A stretch of DNA of 64,000 nucleotides. It comes from Gemmatimonadota bacterium (GTDB taxonomy: Bacteria; Gemmatimonadota; Gemmatimonadetes; Palauibacterales; KS3-K002). Both the position numbers and the translations under genes were made by a program. Below the pieces are notes generated by a model, which was not told the DNA's origin, made no database searches, and worked only from the letters and a program-made list of their open reading frames with translations. The stretch is taken from NCBI GenBank assembly GCA_039586795.1, contig JBDHJS010000004.1:32001-96000 (forward strand). Reading direction: 5' to 3'. This document shows, one piece after another, positions 27,515-37,555 of this stretch. Each line of letters begins with the position of its first letter. Positions within the stretch are counted from its first letter, which is position 1.

Positions 27515-28543
27515 GTGAAGATTGCGGTGTTGATGGGGGGGACGAGCGCTGAGCGGGACGTGTCGATGTCGACGGGCCGTGGGATCGCCCAGGCGCTTCA
27601 GGGGAACGGACACGAGGTCATCGCGATCGACGCCGCCGGCGGTGTGCTCGTCAGTCTGGGCGAGCCGGCCGACGGGATCGGGCGCGCGCCACCGGAGCGG
27701 GACGAACTGATCCGCCTGGCCGAGGGTTCGCTGGCGGCCCGCCTCCGGGATCTTCCCGAGATGCGCGACATCGATGTTGTATTCGTCGCGCTACACGGTG
27801 GCGCCGGCGAAGACGGGCGAGTGCAGGCGATGCTCGACCTTGTCGGAACGCCCTACACGGGAAGCGGTCCCTTGGGTAGCGCGCTGGCGATGGATAAGCT
27901 GGTCAGCAAGGATCTGTTCGTGAGCGGCGGCGTCCCAACACCGCCCTGGCTGGTGGGTAGAGTCGGCGTGGAGCAGATCGAAGCTGGCTTGGGTGGCTTT
28001 CCGGTTGTGGTGAAGCCTTCGCACGAGGGTTCGACGGTTGGCGTGAGTGTGGTGAAGAGTGCCAGGGACCTGGAGGATGCGTTCGATCGCGCGGAGGCGT
28101 TTGACGGTCCGGCCCTCGTCGAGCGGTTCATACCAGGTCGAGAGCTGGCGGTAGGTGTACTTGGAGGCGAGGTGCTTCCGATCGTCGAGATCTGCCCGAA
28201 GCACGAGATCTACGACTACGAGTGCAAGTATACCAAAGGGATGTCCGAGTACCTGGTCCCGGCGCCGCTTTCTGATGAGCTAACAGCGGAGGTGCAGGAT
28301 CTCGCGTTGAAGGCGCACGGCGTTCTGCGGCTGTCGGTGTACAGCCGTGTTGACTTTCGGCTCGATGAGAATGGGCAGGCCTGGTGCCTGGAAGCGAACT
28401 CGTTGCCCGGCATGACCGCGACCAGCCTTCTGCCTAAAGCTGCAGCGGCTCGGGGCATAGAGTTCCCGGCCCTATGTGACCGCATAGCACGGTTGGCCTT
28501 GCGTGAGGAGCATGAAGGAACTGACGCCGCGGGCATGGGTTAG
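27515..28543 (+). CDS. ddl: D-alanine--D-alanine ligase
   Basis: GGTSAERDVS, ALHGGAGEDG, MDK, KPSHEGSTVG, YDYECKY and LEANSLPGMT motifs. Confidence 0.95.
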   Translation: MKIAVLMGGTSAERDVSMSTGRGIAQALQGNGHEVIAIDAAGGVLVSLGEPADGIGRAPPERDELIRLAEGSLAARLRDLPEMRDIDVVFVALHGGAGEDGRVQAMLDLVGTPYTGSGPLGSALAMDKLVSKDLFVSGGVPTPPWLVGRVGVEQIEAGLGGFPVVVKPSHEGSTVGVSVVKSARDLEDAFDRAEAFDGPALVERFIPGRELAVGVLGGEVLPIVEICPKHEIYDYECKYTKGMSEYLVPAPLSDELTAEVQDLALKAHGVLRLSVYSRVDFRLDENGQAWCLEANSLPGMTATSLLPKAAAARGIEFPALCDRIARLALREEHEGTDAAGMG

Positions 28544-28581
28544 GGTAGAGAAGGATACGCAGCTAACGATGAGTGGTGTGG

Positions 28582-29466
28582 ATGTACGGACAGGAACAGC
28601 GAGTAACGTTCGGCTTCGGCTTTAGACTGACGCCATGGGTGAAACGACTGATCATCGCCAATGCGGTGATCTACGTCGTCATGTGGATTGGCGGTGACAC
28701 AGGCTGGCTGTCAGCGGATCTCATAATCCGGTATTTCGCTTTCACGCCAGCAGAGGCATATCTGAAGCCGTGGACACTGGTGACCTACATGTTCCTGCAC
28801 GGCGGCTTTCTGCACGTCCTTATCAATATGTTGATGCTCTTTTTCTTCGGCCCGCCGCTGGAGTCACGCTGGGGCGGGCGGGAGTTCATCAAGTATTACT
28901 TGATCTGCGGGGTTGCCGGCGCCGTTCTTAGCCTGATAACACTGATCACACCTCTTGGGCTCGGGGGCGCCACCTCACCGATTGTCGGTGCCTCCGGTGC
29001 GATATTCGGCGTCATGTTGGCGTACGCGCTCAACTGGCCGGACGCCTTGATCTGGATCTATGCGATCTTCCCGGTGAAAGCGAAGTACGTCGTGATGTTC
29101 CTCGGTATCATGACCTTCATATTTGCGTTTCGGTCGCAGTCGGACGGCATAGCTCACTTCGCACACCTGGGTGGGCTGGTTGCCGGTCTTCTCTACCTGA
29201 AGCGGGGTTGGCGTTTACAGCTTCAGTGGGAGAGCCTCAAGAAGAGATTGAGGCGGCGGAAACTCTCGGTGGTTCCCGGTGGTGCCGACGCCCAGGAGAA
29301 TCGCCGATCCGCCAAGGCCGATGAAGAGAAGCGGATACTGGAGGTCGTCGACAAACTCCTGGACAAGATCGCCGCTCAGGGGATCGAGTCGCTGACGCCG
29401 GAAGAACGTCGCTTCCTAGATGATGTCTCCAAGCGCCGTCAGGCCCAACACCAGGTCCGCCACTAG
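28582..29466 (+). CDS. Rhomboid family intramembrane serine protease with C-terminal helical domain
   Basis: TYMFLHG..H...NM, VGASGA and AHLGG motifs; tail VDKLLDKI...GIESLTPEERRFL. Confidence 0.9.
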   Translation: MYGQEQRVTFGFGFRLTPWVKRLIIANAVIYVVMWIGGDTGWLSADLIIRYFAFTPAEAYLKPWTLVTYMFLHGGFLHVLINMLMLFFFGPPLESRWGGREFIKYYLICGVAGAVLSLITLITPLGLGGATSPIVGASGAIFGVMLAYALNWPDALIWIYAIFPVKAKYVVMFLGIMTFIFAFRSQSDGIAHFAHLGGLVAGLLYLKRGWRLQLQWESLKKRLRRRKLSVVPGGADAQENRRSAKADEEKRILEVVDKLLDKIAAQGIESLTPEERRFLDDVSKRRQAQHQVRH

Positions 29467-29639
29467 CCCTCACCTCCCGGCATCACCGCACCTGTCGTTC
29501 CATGTGGGGGACGACGATACGTCGTCAGTCGGAAGTCGTTCGCCGAATTGGATTTGAGCGTCGAGCGGCGGCTGTCGGCTGTCCGCTGTCGAAAATGTGC
29601 CCGGACCTACGGTCCGGGCTCCACCAAGTCGAACGTGCC

Positions 29640-29668
29640 TTGACTCGGTTCCTCACGGGAAATACGAT
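29640..29668 (+). promoter_or_regulatory. Putative sigma70 promoter of the EF-G paralogue
   Basis: TTGACT-N17-TACGAT. Confidence 0.6.
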
Positions 29669-29710
29669 TCCGCTCCCAACTACAACCCAGCAGAGCCACG
29701 GAGGCGGCAC

Positions 29711-31810
29711 TTGGCAGCCAAGACTTATTCCACCGATGCGATCCGCAACGTCGTGTTCCTTGGTCACGGCGGGACCGGCAAGACCACGCTGGTAGACGGT
29801 ATTTGCTTCTCCGCCGGGGCGAGCAGCCGTAAGGGCGTGGTCACGGAGGGCACGGCGATCACCGATTTCACGGCCGAGGAGAAGGACCACGGAATCTCGA
29901 TCAGCATGTCGGTCGCGCACGTCGACTGGAAGGGCACCAAGCTCAATCTGATCGATACGCCTGGGTTCCTCGACTTTTCGGGCGACGCCGTCGCCGGGGT
30001 CCGAGTGGCCGATGGTGCGGCGATTCTGGTGGACGCCACCGCCGGAGTGCTGGTCGGTACGGAAAACGTCTGGGGATACTGCGAAGACCGGGGGATTCCC
30101 AGGGTGTTCGTCGTCTCAATGATGGACAAAGAGAACGCGAATTTCGATTCGGTCCTTAACCAGATCCGTGAGGAATTCTCCAAGGACGCTGCGCCGCTCG
30201 AGATCCCCATCGGTTTGGGCGACGGATTCAAAGGGGTCGTTGACTTGCTGTCCGGCAAGGCGCGAATCTTCAACCCCAAGTCCCAAAAGGGTGAGTACAA
30301 GGAAGAAGACATACCCGCCGACATGCAGGATGCCTACGCCAGCGCCTACCAGGAGCTCGTCGAGGCGATCGCAGCGACGGATGATGCCCTGATGGAGGAG
30401 TACTTCGAGAAAGAGACGATCGAGCCGAGTCGTGCGGCAGAGGCCTTGAAGGCAGCGATGAAGCAGGGGCTTATCTTCCCCGTCGTTTGCGCGTCACCGG
30501 AGAAGGGGTTTGGCACGCGCGGTCTCATGGAGCGGTTGGTCGAAATCATGCCGAGCCCGGCCGAAGCAGTCCATGAAGTTGCCGACGAGGGCGGCAAAGA
30601 GGTCGAGCTCAAGACAACCGACGATGCACCACTCGCCGCACTCGTGTTCAAGACCACATCAGAGCCGCACGTCGGCGAGCTCTCGTATTTCAGGATCTTT
30701 TCCGGGATGGTGAAGGGTGGCGACATAGCCAATAACCCGGCCCGAGGTGGAAGCGAGAAGCTGGGGCATCCGGGCATACCGCAGGGCAAAGACCGGGAAG
30801 AGGTCGAACATCTGCACGCCGGCGACATCGGTGTGGTCGCCAAGTTGCACGATACACATACGGGTGACACGCTTTCGGGAAACGGCCGTGAGCTCGTACT
30901 CAATGGTATCAACTTCCCCGAAGCAGATTTCGCGATCGCGGTAAGATCAGCGAAGCGCGGCGAGGAGGACAAAGTCTCAACGGGATTGCACAAGATCCAC
31001 GAGGAGGACCCGACCTTCGTGGCGGCGTATGACGCGGAACTGGGGCAGACCATAGCTCACGGCATGGGCGAGCAGCATCTGCAATTGGCTATCGAACGTC
31101 TCAAGCGCCGTTGGGGCGTCGAGGTGGAGACCGAGCCACCGCGGATCCCGTACAGAGAGACTTTCACGAGGACCGCCGAGGGGCAGGGTCGCTACAAGAA
31201 GCAGACGGGCGGTCGCGGTCAGTTCGGTGATTGCTGGGTCCGCCTCAGCCCGCTGCCCGCGGGGAGCGGCTACGAGTTCGTCAACAAGATCGTCGGCGGT
31301 GTGATCCCGGGTAAGTTCATTCCGTCGGTTGACAAGGGCGTGCAGGAGGCGGCGCAGCGAGGCGTGGTGGCAGGATATCCGATGGTCGACTTCCAGGCGG
31401 AAGTCTACGACGGCTCTCACCACTCCGTGGACTCGTCCGATATCGCGTTCAAGGTGGCCGGCACGCTGGCGTTCAAGAACGTGGCGGCTGACGCGGGGCC
31501 GATCTTGCTGGAGCCGATATACGAGGTAGAGATCACGGTGCCCGAGGAATACATGGGCGACGTGATGGGTGATATGAATCAGCGGCGTGGCAAGATTATG
31601 GGCATGGAACCGCAAGGCAGGAAGCAGGTCGTCAAAGCTCAGGTGCCGCTGGCCGAGATGTACAAATACTCGTCTACTCTGCGCTCGATATCACAGGGCC
31701 GGGGAAGCCACAAGATGACGTTTGTCGCCTACGAGCAGGTTCCGCCCAACGTTGCGGAGAAGATCGTCGAAGAGGCCAAGGCGCGCGAGGAGGAAGAGGC
31801 GAAGAAGTAG
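29711..31810 (+). CDS. fusA: Elongation factor G-like protein (EF-G2 type)
   Basis: GGAGG before TTG; GHGGTGKT, DTPG, EEDPT, GMGEQHL, KKQTGGRGQFG and VDSSDIAF motifs; not in an rpsL-rpsG-tuf context. Confidence 0.9.
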   Translation: MAAKTYSTDAIRNVVFLGHGGTGKTTLVDGICFSAGASSRKGVVTEGTAITDFTAEEKDHGISISMSVAHVDWKGTKLNLIDTPGFLDFSGDAVAGVRVADGAAILVDATAGVLVGTENVWGYCEDRGIPRVFVVSMMDKENANFDSVLNQIREEFSKDAAPLEIPIGLGDGFKGVVDLLSGKARIFNPKSQKGEYKEEDIPADMQDAYASAYQELVEAIAATDDALMEEYFEKETIEPSRAAEALKAAMKQGLIFPVVCASPEKGFGTRGLMERLVEIMPSPAEAVHEVADEGGKEVELKTTDDAPLAALVFKTTSEPHVGELSYFRIFSGMVKGGDIANNPARGGSEKLGHPGIPQGKDREEVEHLHAGDIGVVAKLHDTHTGDTLSGNGRELVLNGINFPEADFAIAVRSAKRGEEDKVSTGLHKIHEEDPTFVAAYDAELGQTIAHGMGEQHLQLAIERLKRRWGVEVETEPPRIPYRETFTRTAEGQGRYKKQTGGRGQFGDCWVRLSPLPAGSGYEFVNKIVGGVIPGKFIPSVDKGVQEAAQRGVVAGYPMVDFQAEVYDGSHHSVDSSDIAFKVAGTLAFKNVAADAGPILLEPIYEVEITVPEEYMGDVMGDMNQRRGKIMGMEPQGRKQVVKAQVPLAEMYKYSSTLRSISQGRGSHKMTFVAYEQVPPNVAEKIVEEAKAREEEEAKK

Positions 31811-31811
31811 T

Positions 31812-31881
31812 GCGGTAAACGGTAAGCCGTAGGCGGTAAGCGGTGGACTCGAACTACTGCTTACCGCTTACTGTTTACTGT
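31812..31881 (+). repeat. Heptamer-repeat hairpin (RCGGTAR x5 / inverted x4)
   Basis: gcggtaa acggtaa gccgtag gcggtaa gcggtgg - actcgaa - ctactgc ttaccgc ttactgt ttactgt. Confidence 0.9.
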
Positions 31882-31947
31882 CTCACCTAGCAGAGGTATT
31901 TTTCGGGTGTCGAAATCTTAACCAGAACCATCACACAGGGATCGCCC

Positions 31948-32703
31948 ATGGCCGGCCACAACAAGTGGTCGCAAATCAAGCGCAAGAAAGCTGCCGAAGA
32001 CAACAAGCGGGGCAAGTTGTTCGGCAAGTTGATTCGTGAGATCACGGTCGCCGCTCGTGAGGGCGGCGGTGATCCAGACGGCAACCCTTGGCTGCGGACG
32101 GCGATAGAGAACGCCAGGGCGGCCAACATGCCGAAGGACAATATTGAGAAGGCCATTCTGCGGGGCACTGGAGAACTGCCTGGTGCGTCGTATGAGGATG
32201 TGACCTACGAAGGCTACGGGCCGGGCGGTGTGGCTATCCTGATCCAGGCTGTCACGGACAACACGAATCGTACCGTCGCGGCATTGAGGCATATTCTGGA
32301 GAAGCAGGGTGGCAACCTAGGTGCCGCTGGGTCTGTGGCGTGGAACTTCGAGCGCGTCGGCCAGTTGCTTGTCGATTCGACGCGCTATGAAGAGGATGCG
32401 ACGCTGGAGGCGGCGCTCGAGGCTGGGGCGGAAGATTTGCAGGCTGAGGGCGACGCCTACCTTGTGACTACGGATCCCTCTACGTTCCACGATGTCCAGG
32501 AGGCCATGCGGGCGAGCGGCATCGAGATCATGGAGGCCAGCATCGCCATGGTCCCGAAGACAACGGTTAGAGTCGAGGGTAGGGAGGCGGAGAAGCTCGT
32601 TGGTCTACTGGAAGCGCTGGAGGATCACGAAGACGTTCAAAACGTCTACTCCAACCTCGACATCGATGAGGCGCTGTTGGCCGAACTGGCCGGAGCACCG
32701 TAG
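31948..32703 (+). CDS. yebC: YebC/PmpR family protein
   Basis: MAGHNKWSQIKRKK, YEGYGPGGVA and TDN.NRT motifs. Confidence 0.95.
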   Translation: MAGHNKWSQIKRKKAAEDNKRGKLFGKLIREITVAAREGGGDPDGNPWLRTAIENARAANMPKDNIEKAILRGTGELPGASYEDVTYEGYGPGGVAILIQAVTDNTNRTVAALRHILEKQGGNLGAAGSVAWNFERVGQLLVDSTRYEEDATLEAALEAGAEDLQAEGDAYLVTTDPSTFHDVQEAMRASGIEIMEASIAMVPKTTVRVEGREAEKLVGLLEALEDHEDVQNVYSNLDIDEALLAELAGAP

Positions 32704-32712
32704 CGGCTGACG

Positions 32713-33222
32713 ATGATCGTTCTCGGCGTCGACCCTGGGACTCAGACGACGGGATACGGCGTCGTCGCGGCGGATGATCTGAAGCCGACGCTGGTCGAGT
32801 GCGGCGCTATTTGGCCAAAAGGAGACAGGACGCTCGCCGAACGGCTGCTGGAGATCTTCGAAGGGCTGACAGGAGTGATCGATCGGACTCGCCCTGACGT
32901 TGTCTGCGTTGAGGGCGTTTTCTATGGCAGGAACGTGCGGACGACGGTCGTTCTCGGGCACGCTCGGGGCGCGGTGCTGCTGGCTGCTGCCGCCCGCGGT
33001 ATAAGCGTGGCCGAGTATTCTCCGGCAGAAGTGAAGAACACGGTTGTCGGGACCGGCGCCGCGGACAAAGAGCAGGTCGCGTTCATGGTTCAGAGGCACC
33101 TGTCGCTGGCCGAGCCGCCGGCCCCCCAGGACGCGGCGGATGGAGTCGCGCTCGCTCTCTGTCATATTTTCCTGGCCGCGCCCAAGCAGAGTGCGGGCGG
33201 TGTGGGAAGGAAACGGTCTTGA
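32713..33222 (+). CDS. ruvC: Crossover junction endodeoxyribonuclease RuvC
   Basis: LGVDPG...TGYG, VE.VF, GHARG and DAADGVALALCH motifs. Confidence 0.95.
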   Translation: MIVLGVDPGTQTTGYGVVAADDLKPTLVECGAIWPKGDRTLAERLLEIFEGLTGVIDRTRPDVVCVEGVFYGRNVRTTVVLGHARGAVLLAAAARGISVAEYSPAEVKNTVVGTGAADKEQVAFMVQRHLSLAEPPAPQDAADGVALALCHIFLAAPKQSAGGVGRKRS

Positions 33223-33812
33223 TCAGCAGAGTACGTGGCGTTCTTGTTCGCAAAGAGATCGATCGGGCGGAGATCGCGACGTCTGGCGGCGTAACGTACG
33301 AGCTGATGGTTCCGGCGACCGTCTTCGAGGGACTGCCGCGAGTCGGCCGCGAGGTTGAGCTTCACGCGGCGCTGATCGGCCGCGAGGATGGGCTCGAGCT
33401 GTACGGATTCGCCGACGAGATGGAGCGTCAGCTGTTTCTGCGGCTGCAGTCAGCGTCCGGGGTGGGGCCCCGGCTGGCGCTAACGATGCTCGGGACGTTG
33501 AGCGCGATCCATCTGGTGGACGCGATCCGCGGCCGCGATCTGGCGCGGCTGTGCACGGTGAGCGGGGTTGGCAAGAAGAAGGCCGAGCGAATCGCTCTGG
33601 AATTGAGCGACAAGCTCGAGGATATGGTCTCGATCGTTGCCGAGGTCGAGCCGGAGAGCGCGGTGGTCGAATCGTCAGTGAGTGCATTGGTGGCGCTCGG
33701 CTATTCTCGTTCCGATGCGGAGGGCGCGATACGTAGCGCGTTGAAGCGTGGCGATGGGGCTGAGCGAAGTGTGGAAAGCCTGGTGAGGGAGGCGCTGGTC
33801 GAGCTGTCATGA
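33219..33812 (+). CDS. ruvA: Holliday junction branch migration protein RuvA
   Basis: [30 protein letters not shown] and ALVALGY motifs. Confidence 0.95.
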   Translation: MISRVRGVLVRKEIDRAEIATSGGVTYELMVPATVFEGLPRVGREVELHAALIGREDGLELYGFADEMERQLFLRLQSASGVGPRLALTMLGTLSAIHLVDAIRGRDLARLCTVSGVGKKKAERIALELSDKLEDMVSIVAEVEPESAVVESSVSALVALGYSRSDAEGAIRSALKRGDGAERSVESLVREALVELS

Positions 33813-34846
33813 CTACCGAGATTACGACGCCGAAGCGGCTGGAAGGTGAGGGGATGAGTGAGGCTGCCCTGCGGCCGCAGCGCATGTCGGAATTCATCGG
33901 CCAGGAGAAGGTCAAGGAGAGCCTCGGCATCTACATAGCTGCGGCCCTCAAGCGCCGGGAGCCGCTGGACCACACTCTGTTCTATGGACCCCCGGGTCTT
34001 GGTAAGACGACCCTCGCGCTACTCATAGCAAATGAGCTCGGAGTCGACATCCAGACGACCTCGGGCCCCGCTCTGGAAAAGCCCGGCGACCTGGTGGCTT
34101 CGCTGACCAACCTCAAGGAGGGCGACGTCCTCTTCATCGATGAGATTCATCGATTGCGCCCGGTAACGGAGGAGTTCCTCTATCCGGGCATGGAGGACTT
34201 CCGCATCGAAATCCGTCTCGGCGAGGGACCCAAGGCACAAACGATCCAGATGAACCTGGAGCGGTTCACGTTGATCGGCGCAACGACGAGATTCGGATTG
34301 CTCACTCCGCCCATGCGAGCGCGGTTCGGTGTGGTCGAGCGTCTCGGCTACTACCCGACTGACGAGCTGAAGCGGATCGTTCTGCGGTCGGCGGAGATTC
34401 TGGGTGTGCCCATCGAGGACGACGGAGCAGAAGAGCTCGCTCGGCGATCTCGCGGCACGCCGCGAATCGCGAACCGGTTGCTGCGCCGCGTCCGCGACTA
34501 TGCGGAGGTCAAGGCGGATGGCCGCATCACGCGTCCGGTCGCCGGTGCGGCGCTCGAGATGCTCAACGTGGACGAGTACGGTCTCGAGCAAATGGACGCG
34601 CGGATGCTGAGGCTGATCATCGAGGACTTCAGCGGCGGCCCGGTCGGCCTCCAGAGCCTCGCCGTTGCGCTGGGAGAGGAAGCGGACACGCTAGAAGAGG
34701 TCTACGAACCCTACCTCATCCAGAACGGCCTCTTGCAACGCACGCCGCGTGGCCGGGTGGCCACGGCCAAGGCCTATCATCGCTTCGGGTACGATCCACC
34801 GGCAGGCGGCCCCCTGGAGCAGGGCCATCTGTTCACCGATGGATGA
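33809..34846 (+). CDS. ruvB: Holliday junction branch migration helicase RuvB
   Basis: [40 protein letters not shown] and EPYL motifs. Confidence 0.97.
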   Translation: MTTEITTPKRLEGEGMSEAALRPQRMSEFIGQEKVKESLGIYIAAALKRREPLDHTLFYGPPGLGKTTLALLIANELGVDIQTTSGPALEKPGDLVASLTNLKEGDVLFIDEIHRLRPVTEEFLYPGMEDFRIEIRLGEGPKAQTIQMNLERFTLIGATTRFGLLTPPMRARFGVVERLGYYPTDELKRIVLRSAEILGVPIEDDGAEELARRSRGTPRIANRLLRRVRDYAEVKADGRITRPVAGAALEMLNVDEYGLEQMDARMLRLIIEDFSGGPVGLQSLAVALGEEADTLEEVYEPYLIQNGLLQRTPRGRVATAKAYHRFGYDPPAGGPLEQGHLFTDG

Positions 34847-35927
34847 GTCGCGCCGGGATGAAGGCGGCTCTCCGTCGGTTGAAGACTCCACGCGGCTGAG
34901 CACTAGCCACTTCGACTATTCAATTGACGAAACGCTGATCGCGCAGCGGCCGCTCGCAGATAGGGACGCGAGCCGAATGCTGGTCGTTGGGCGTGAGACG
35001 GCCAGCCTGGACGATCGCACGTTCAGTGACCTGCCCACGCTGATCGCTTCCGGGGATGTGTTGGTGCTCAACGATACACGCGTTTTCCCGGCGCGATTGT
35101 TGGGAAGCAAGCCTACCGGGGCCAAGGCGGAAATCCTGCTCTTGGAGCCGCTGGAAGGCGATGGTTTGCTCTGGCGGGCGCTCGTTCGACCGGGCGGGAA
35201 GCTCAAGCCGGGTCGACGTGTCGAGATCGGCGAGGGGTTGGAGATCGCCATCGAAGATTCGTTGGAGGGTGGGGCACGCATCGTTCGGCTGCTCACGGAC
35301 CTTGAACCGCGAGAAGCTCTCGATCTTCATGGACACGTTCCCTTGCCCCCGTACATTCGTCGTGGTGATGACAGGGCGGACCGATCTCGGTACCAGACCG
35401 TGTATGCGGAGGAAACGGGTAGCGTGGCTGCCCCCACGGCCGGCCTCCATTTTACGGAAAACGTTCTCGAGGGCGTGCGAGCTCGCGGCGCTGACGTCGC
35501 CAAAGTCACTCTGCACGTTGGTCCCGGGACGTTTCGGCCGGTCGATGCGGAAGACCCGGAGGATCATCGTCTAGATTCCGAGCGCTATCGGGTAACGCAA
35601 GAGACCGCGGACACGATCAACCGGTGCCGCGAGCATGGCGGCGCGATTTGGGCCGTGGGCACGACGACGGTGCGCACCCTCGAGTCAGTGGCCGATACAT
35701 CGGGCTCGATCAGACCGGGTGAAGGATCAACCGATCTCTTCATCCGTCCCGGATATCGCTTCAAGGCGGTGGACCGGTTGATCACCAACTTCCACCTGCC
35801 GCGCTCGACTCTGCTGATGCTGGTGACGGCGTTTGCCGGCTATGACCTGACCATCGATGCCTATCGGCACGCGATGGAAAACGAGTACAGGTTCTACTCC
35901 TACGGTGACGCAATGGTGGTGACATGA
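34839..35927 (+). CDS. queA: S-adenosylmethionine:tRNA ribosyltransferase-isomerase
   Basis: [34 protein letters not shown] and [10 protein letters not shown] motifs. Confidence 0.96.
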   Translation: MDESRRDEGGSPSVEDSTRLSTSHFDYSIDETLIAQRPLADRDASRMLVVGRETASLDDRTFSDLPTLIASGDVLVLNDTRVFPARLLGSKPTGAKAEILLLEPLEGDGLLWRALVRPGGKLKPGRRVEIGEGLEIAIEDSLEGGARIVRLLTDLEPREALDLHGHVPLPPYIRRGDDRADRSRYQTVYAEETGSVAAPTAGLHFTENVLEGVRARGADVAKVTLHVGPGTFRPVDAEDPEDHRLDSERYRVTQETADTINRCREHGGAIWAVGTTTVRTLESVADTSGSIRPGEGSTDLFIRPGYRFKAVDRLITNFHLPRSTLLMLVTAFAGYDLTIDAYRHAMENEYRFYSYGDAMVVT

Positions 35928-37072
35928 CGGCCGCGGCGGATGTTTTTCGGCTCGAGTCGAAAGACGGCGCGGCACGGGCCGGAGTGCTGCAATTGCCACA
36001 TGGCAAGGTTCGCACGCCGGCCTTCATGCCTGTCGGCACGCAGGGCACGGTCAAGGCAGTAGCGCCTGAGGAGCTGAAGCGACTTGGTGCGGAGATGATC
36101 CTCGCCAACGCCTATCATCTGTATCTCAGACCGGGGCACGAGATCGTCCGCGCTATGGGTGGGCTGCACAAGTTCAGCGGGTGGGATCGTCCGATCCTGA
36201 CCGATTCCGGAGGCTACCAGGTCTTCTCCCTGGCACGTATCAACAAGGTCAGCGACGAAGGCGTCTCGTTCCAAAGCCACATCGACGGTTCGCGTCATCT
36301 CATCACTCCTGAAATCGTGATGGAGATCGAGCACGCTTTGGGCGCCGATGTGATCATGGCCTTCGATGAGTGTCCGCCCGGGCGCGCCGACCGCCAGACT
36401 GCCGCAACCGCGGTTACACGCACACAAGGCTGGCTGGAGCGTTGCGTCGCCCGAATCGAACAACTCGTGACGAACGGGTCGGCCCAACTGCTGCTTCCGG
36501 TCGTTCAGGGTGGCACATTCATCGACCTTCGCGTCGAGTCGCTGGAGCGCGCGAGAGAGTTACGCCCGTGGCCGGGTTTCGGAGTCGGCGGCCTCTCCGT
36601 GGGAGAGCCGAAGGAGTTGATGTTCGAGGTGCTGGAGGGGCTGGAGCCGGAGTTGCCGGCAGAAGGCGTTCGCTATCTGATGGGTGTTGGGTACCCCACC
36701 GATCTCCTGGACGCCGTCCGCCTCGGATATGATATCTTCGACTGCGTCGCCCCCACACGGAACGGCCGCAACGGGACCGCCTTCACATCCGAAGGAGCGG
36801 TCAACGTGAAGATCGCCTCCTGGCGGGATGACGGTTCTCCTATTGAACCGGGCTGCGGGTGCTGGGCCTGTGGCACATACTCCCGGGCCTACGTTCGCCA
36901 CCTGTTCGTCGCCGGCGAGATCTTGGGGCTACGGATTCTGTCGATACACAACCTGCACTTCTTGACGGATCTGATGCGGCGGGCCCGGGACGCGATTGGG
37001 GCCGGGATATTTGAAAGTTGGGTTACAGAGTGGTTGCGTAGATATCGGAGGGGCGGGGGAGTAGATTGGTAG
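35924..37072 (+). CDS. tgt: tRNA-guanine transglycosylase
   Basis: TPAFMPVGT, TDSGGYQVFSL, GGLSVGE, YLMGVG, FDCV.PTR and CGC..C...H zinc site. Confidence 0.97.
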   Translation: MTAAADVFRLESKDGAARAGVLQLPHGKVRTPAFMPVGTQGTVKAVAPEELKRLGAEMILANAYHLYLRPGHEIVRAMGGLHKFSGWDRPILTDSGGYQVFSLARINKVSDEGVSFQSHIDGSRHLITPEIVMEIEHALGADVIMAFDECPPGRADRQTAATAVTRTQGWLERCVARIEQLVTNGSAQLLLPVVQGGTFIDLRVESLERARELRPWPGFGVGGLSVGEPKELMFEVLEGLEPELPAEGVRYLMGVGYPTDLLDAVRLGYDIFDCVAPTRNGRNGTAFTSEGAVNVKIASWRDDGSPIEPGCGCWACGTYSRAYVRHLFVAGEILGLRILSIHNLHFLTDLMRRARDAIGAGIFESWVTEWLRRYRRGGGVDW

Positions 37073-37073
37073 C

Positions 37074-37214
37074 GAACATTGGACATTGAACATCCTGCAG
37101 GGAACGTCTAAGGGCTGGGGTTTCTTGTATTCGTAGTGGAATCTGCTGTTGGGTGTTCGGGGTTCGATGGTTTTTTGATGTTCAATGTTCAATGTCGAAT
37201 GTTCAATGTTCAAT
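37074..37214. repeat. Inverted heptamer arrays (GAACATT x3 / AATGTTC x5) around an 82-nt spacer
   Basis: 37074-37094 gaacatt ggacatt gaacatc; 37177-37214 gatgttc aatgttc aatgtcg aatgttc aatgttc aat. Confidence 0.9.
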
Positions 37215-37228
37215 AGGGAGGTCATAAA

Positions 37229-37555
37229 GTGCTGGCATTTTTAGCAGTATTCGCGCCTTCCCAGCAGGGCTCGGGCGGAAGCGCGATGGGTACGCTCATC
37301 ATGCTCGGAGCGTTTGTCGGGATCTTCTACTTCTTGCTGATTCGCCCGCAGCGGCAGCAGCAGAAGCGCCACACGGAGATGGTTCAAGGGTTGAGGCGCG
37401 GCGACGAGGTAGCGACGGTTGGGGGAATCATCGGCAAGATCATCCACATCAAAGAGAACGAGATCACGATAAAGACGGCGGAGGACACGCGGTTGGTCGT
37501 CGAGCGGGACAAGGTCGCACGTAAGGTCGCGGTGGGTGCGGAGGAGGAATCATAG
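37229..37555 (+). CDS. yajC: Preprotein translocase subunit YajC
   Basis: FYFLLIRPQ...GDEVAT.GGIIG; GGAGG SD. Confidence 0.95.
   Translation: MLAFLAVFAPSQQGSGGSAMGTLIMLGAFVGIFYFLLIRPQRQQQKRHTEMVQGLRRGDEVATVGGIIGKIIHIKENEITIKTAEDTRLVVERDKVARKVAVGAEEES

Noticed and set aside
27515..28543. ddl as a vancomycin-resistance type ligase
   Set aside because: The omega loop reads YDYECKY, typical of D-Ala-D-Ala ligases, and no van genes are nearby.
31812..37214. Repeat arrays as CRISPR
   Set aside because: Units are 7-nt tandem repeats with no unique spacers, and no cas genes are present.
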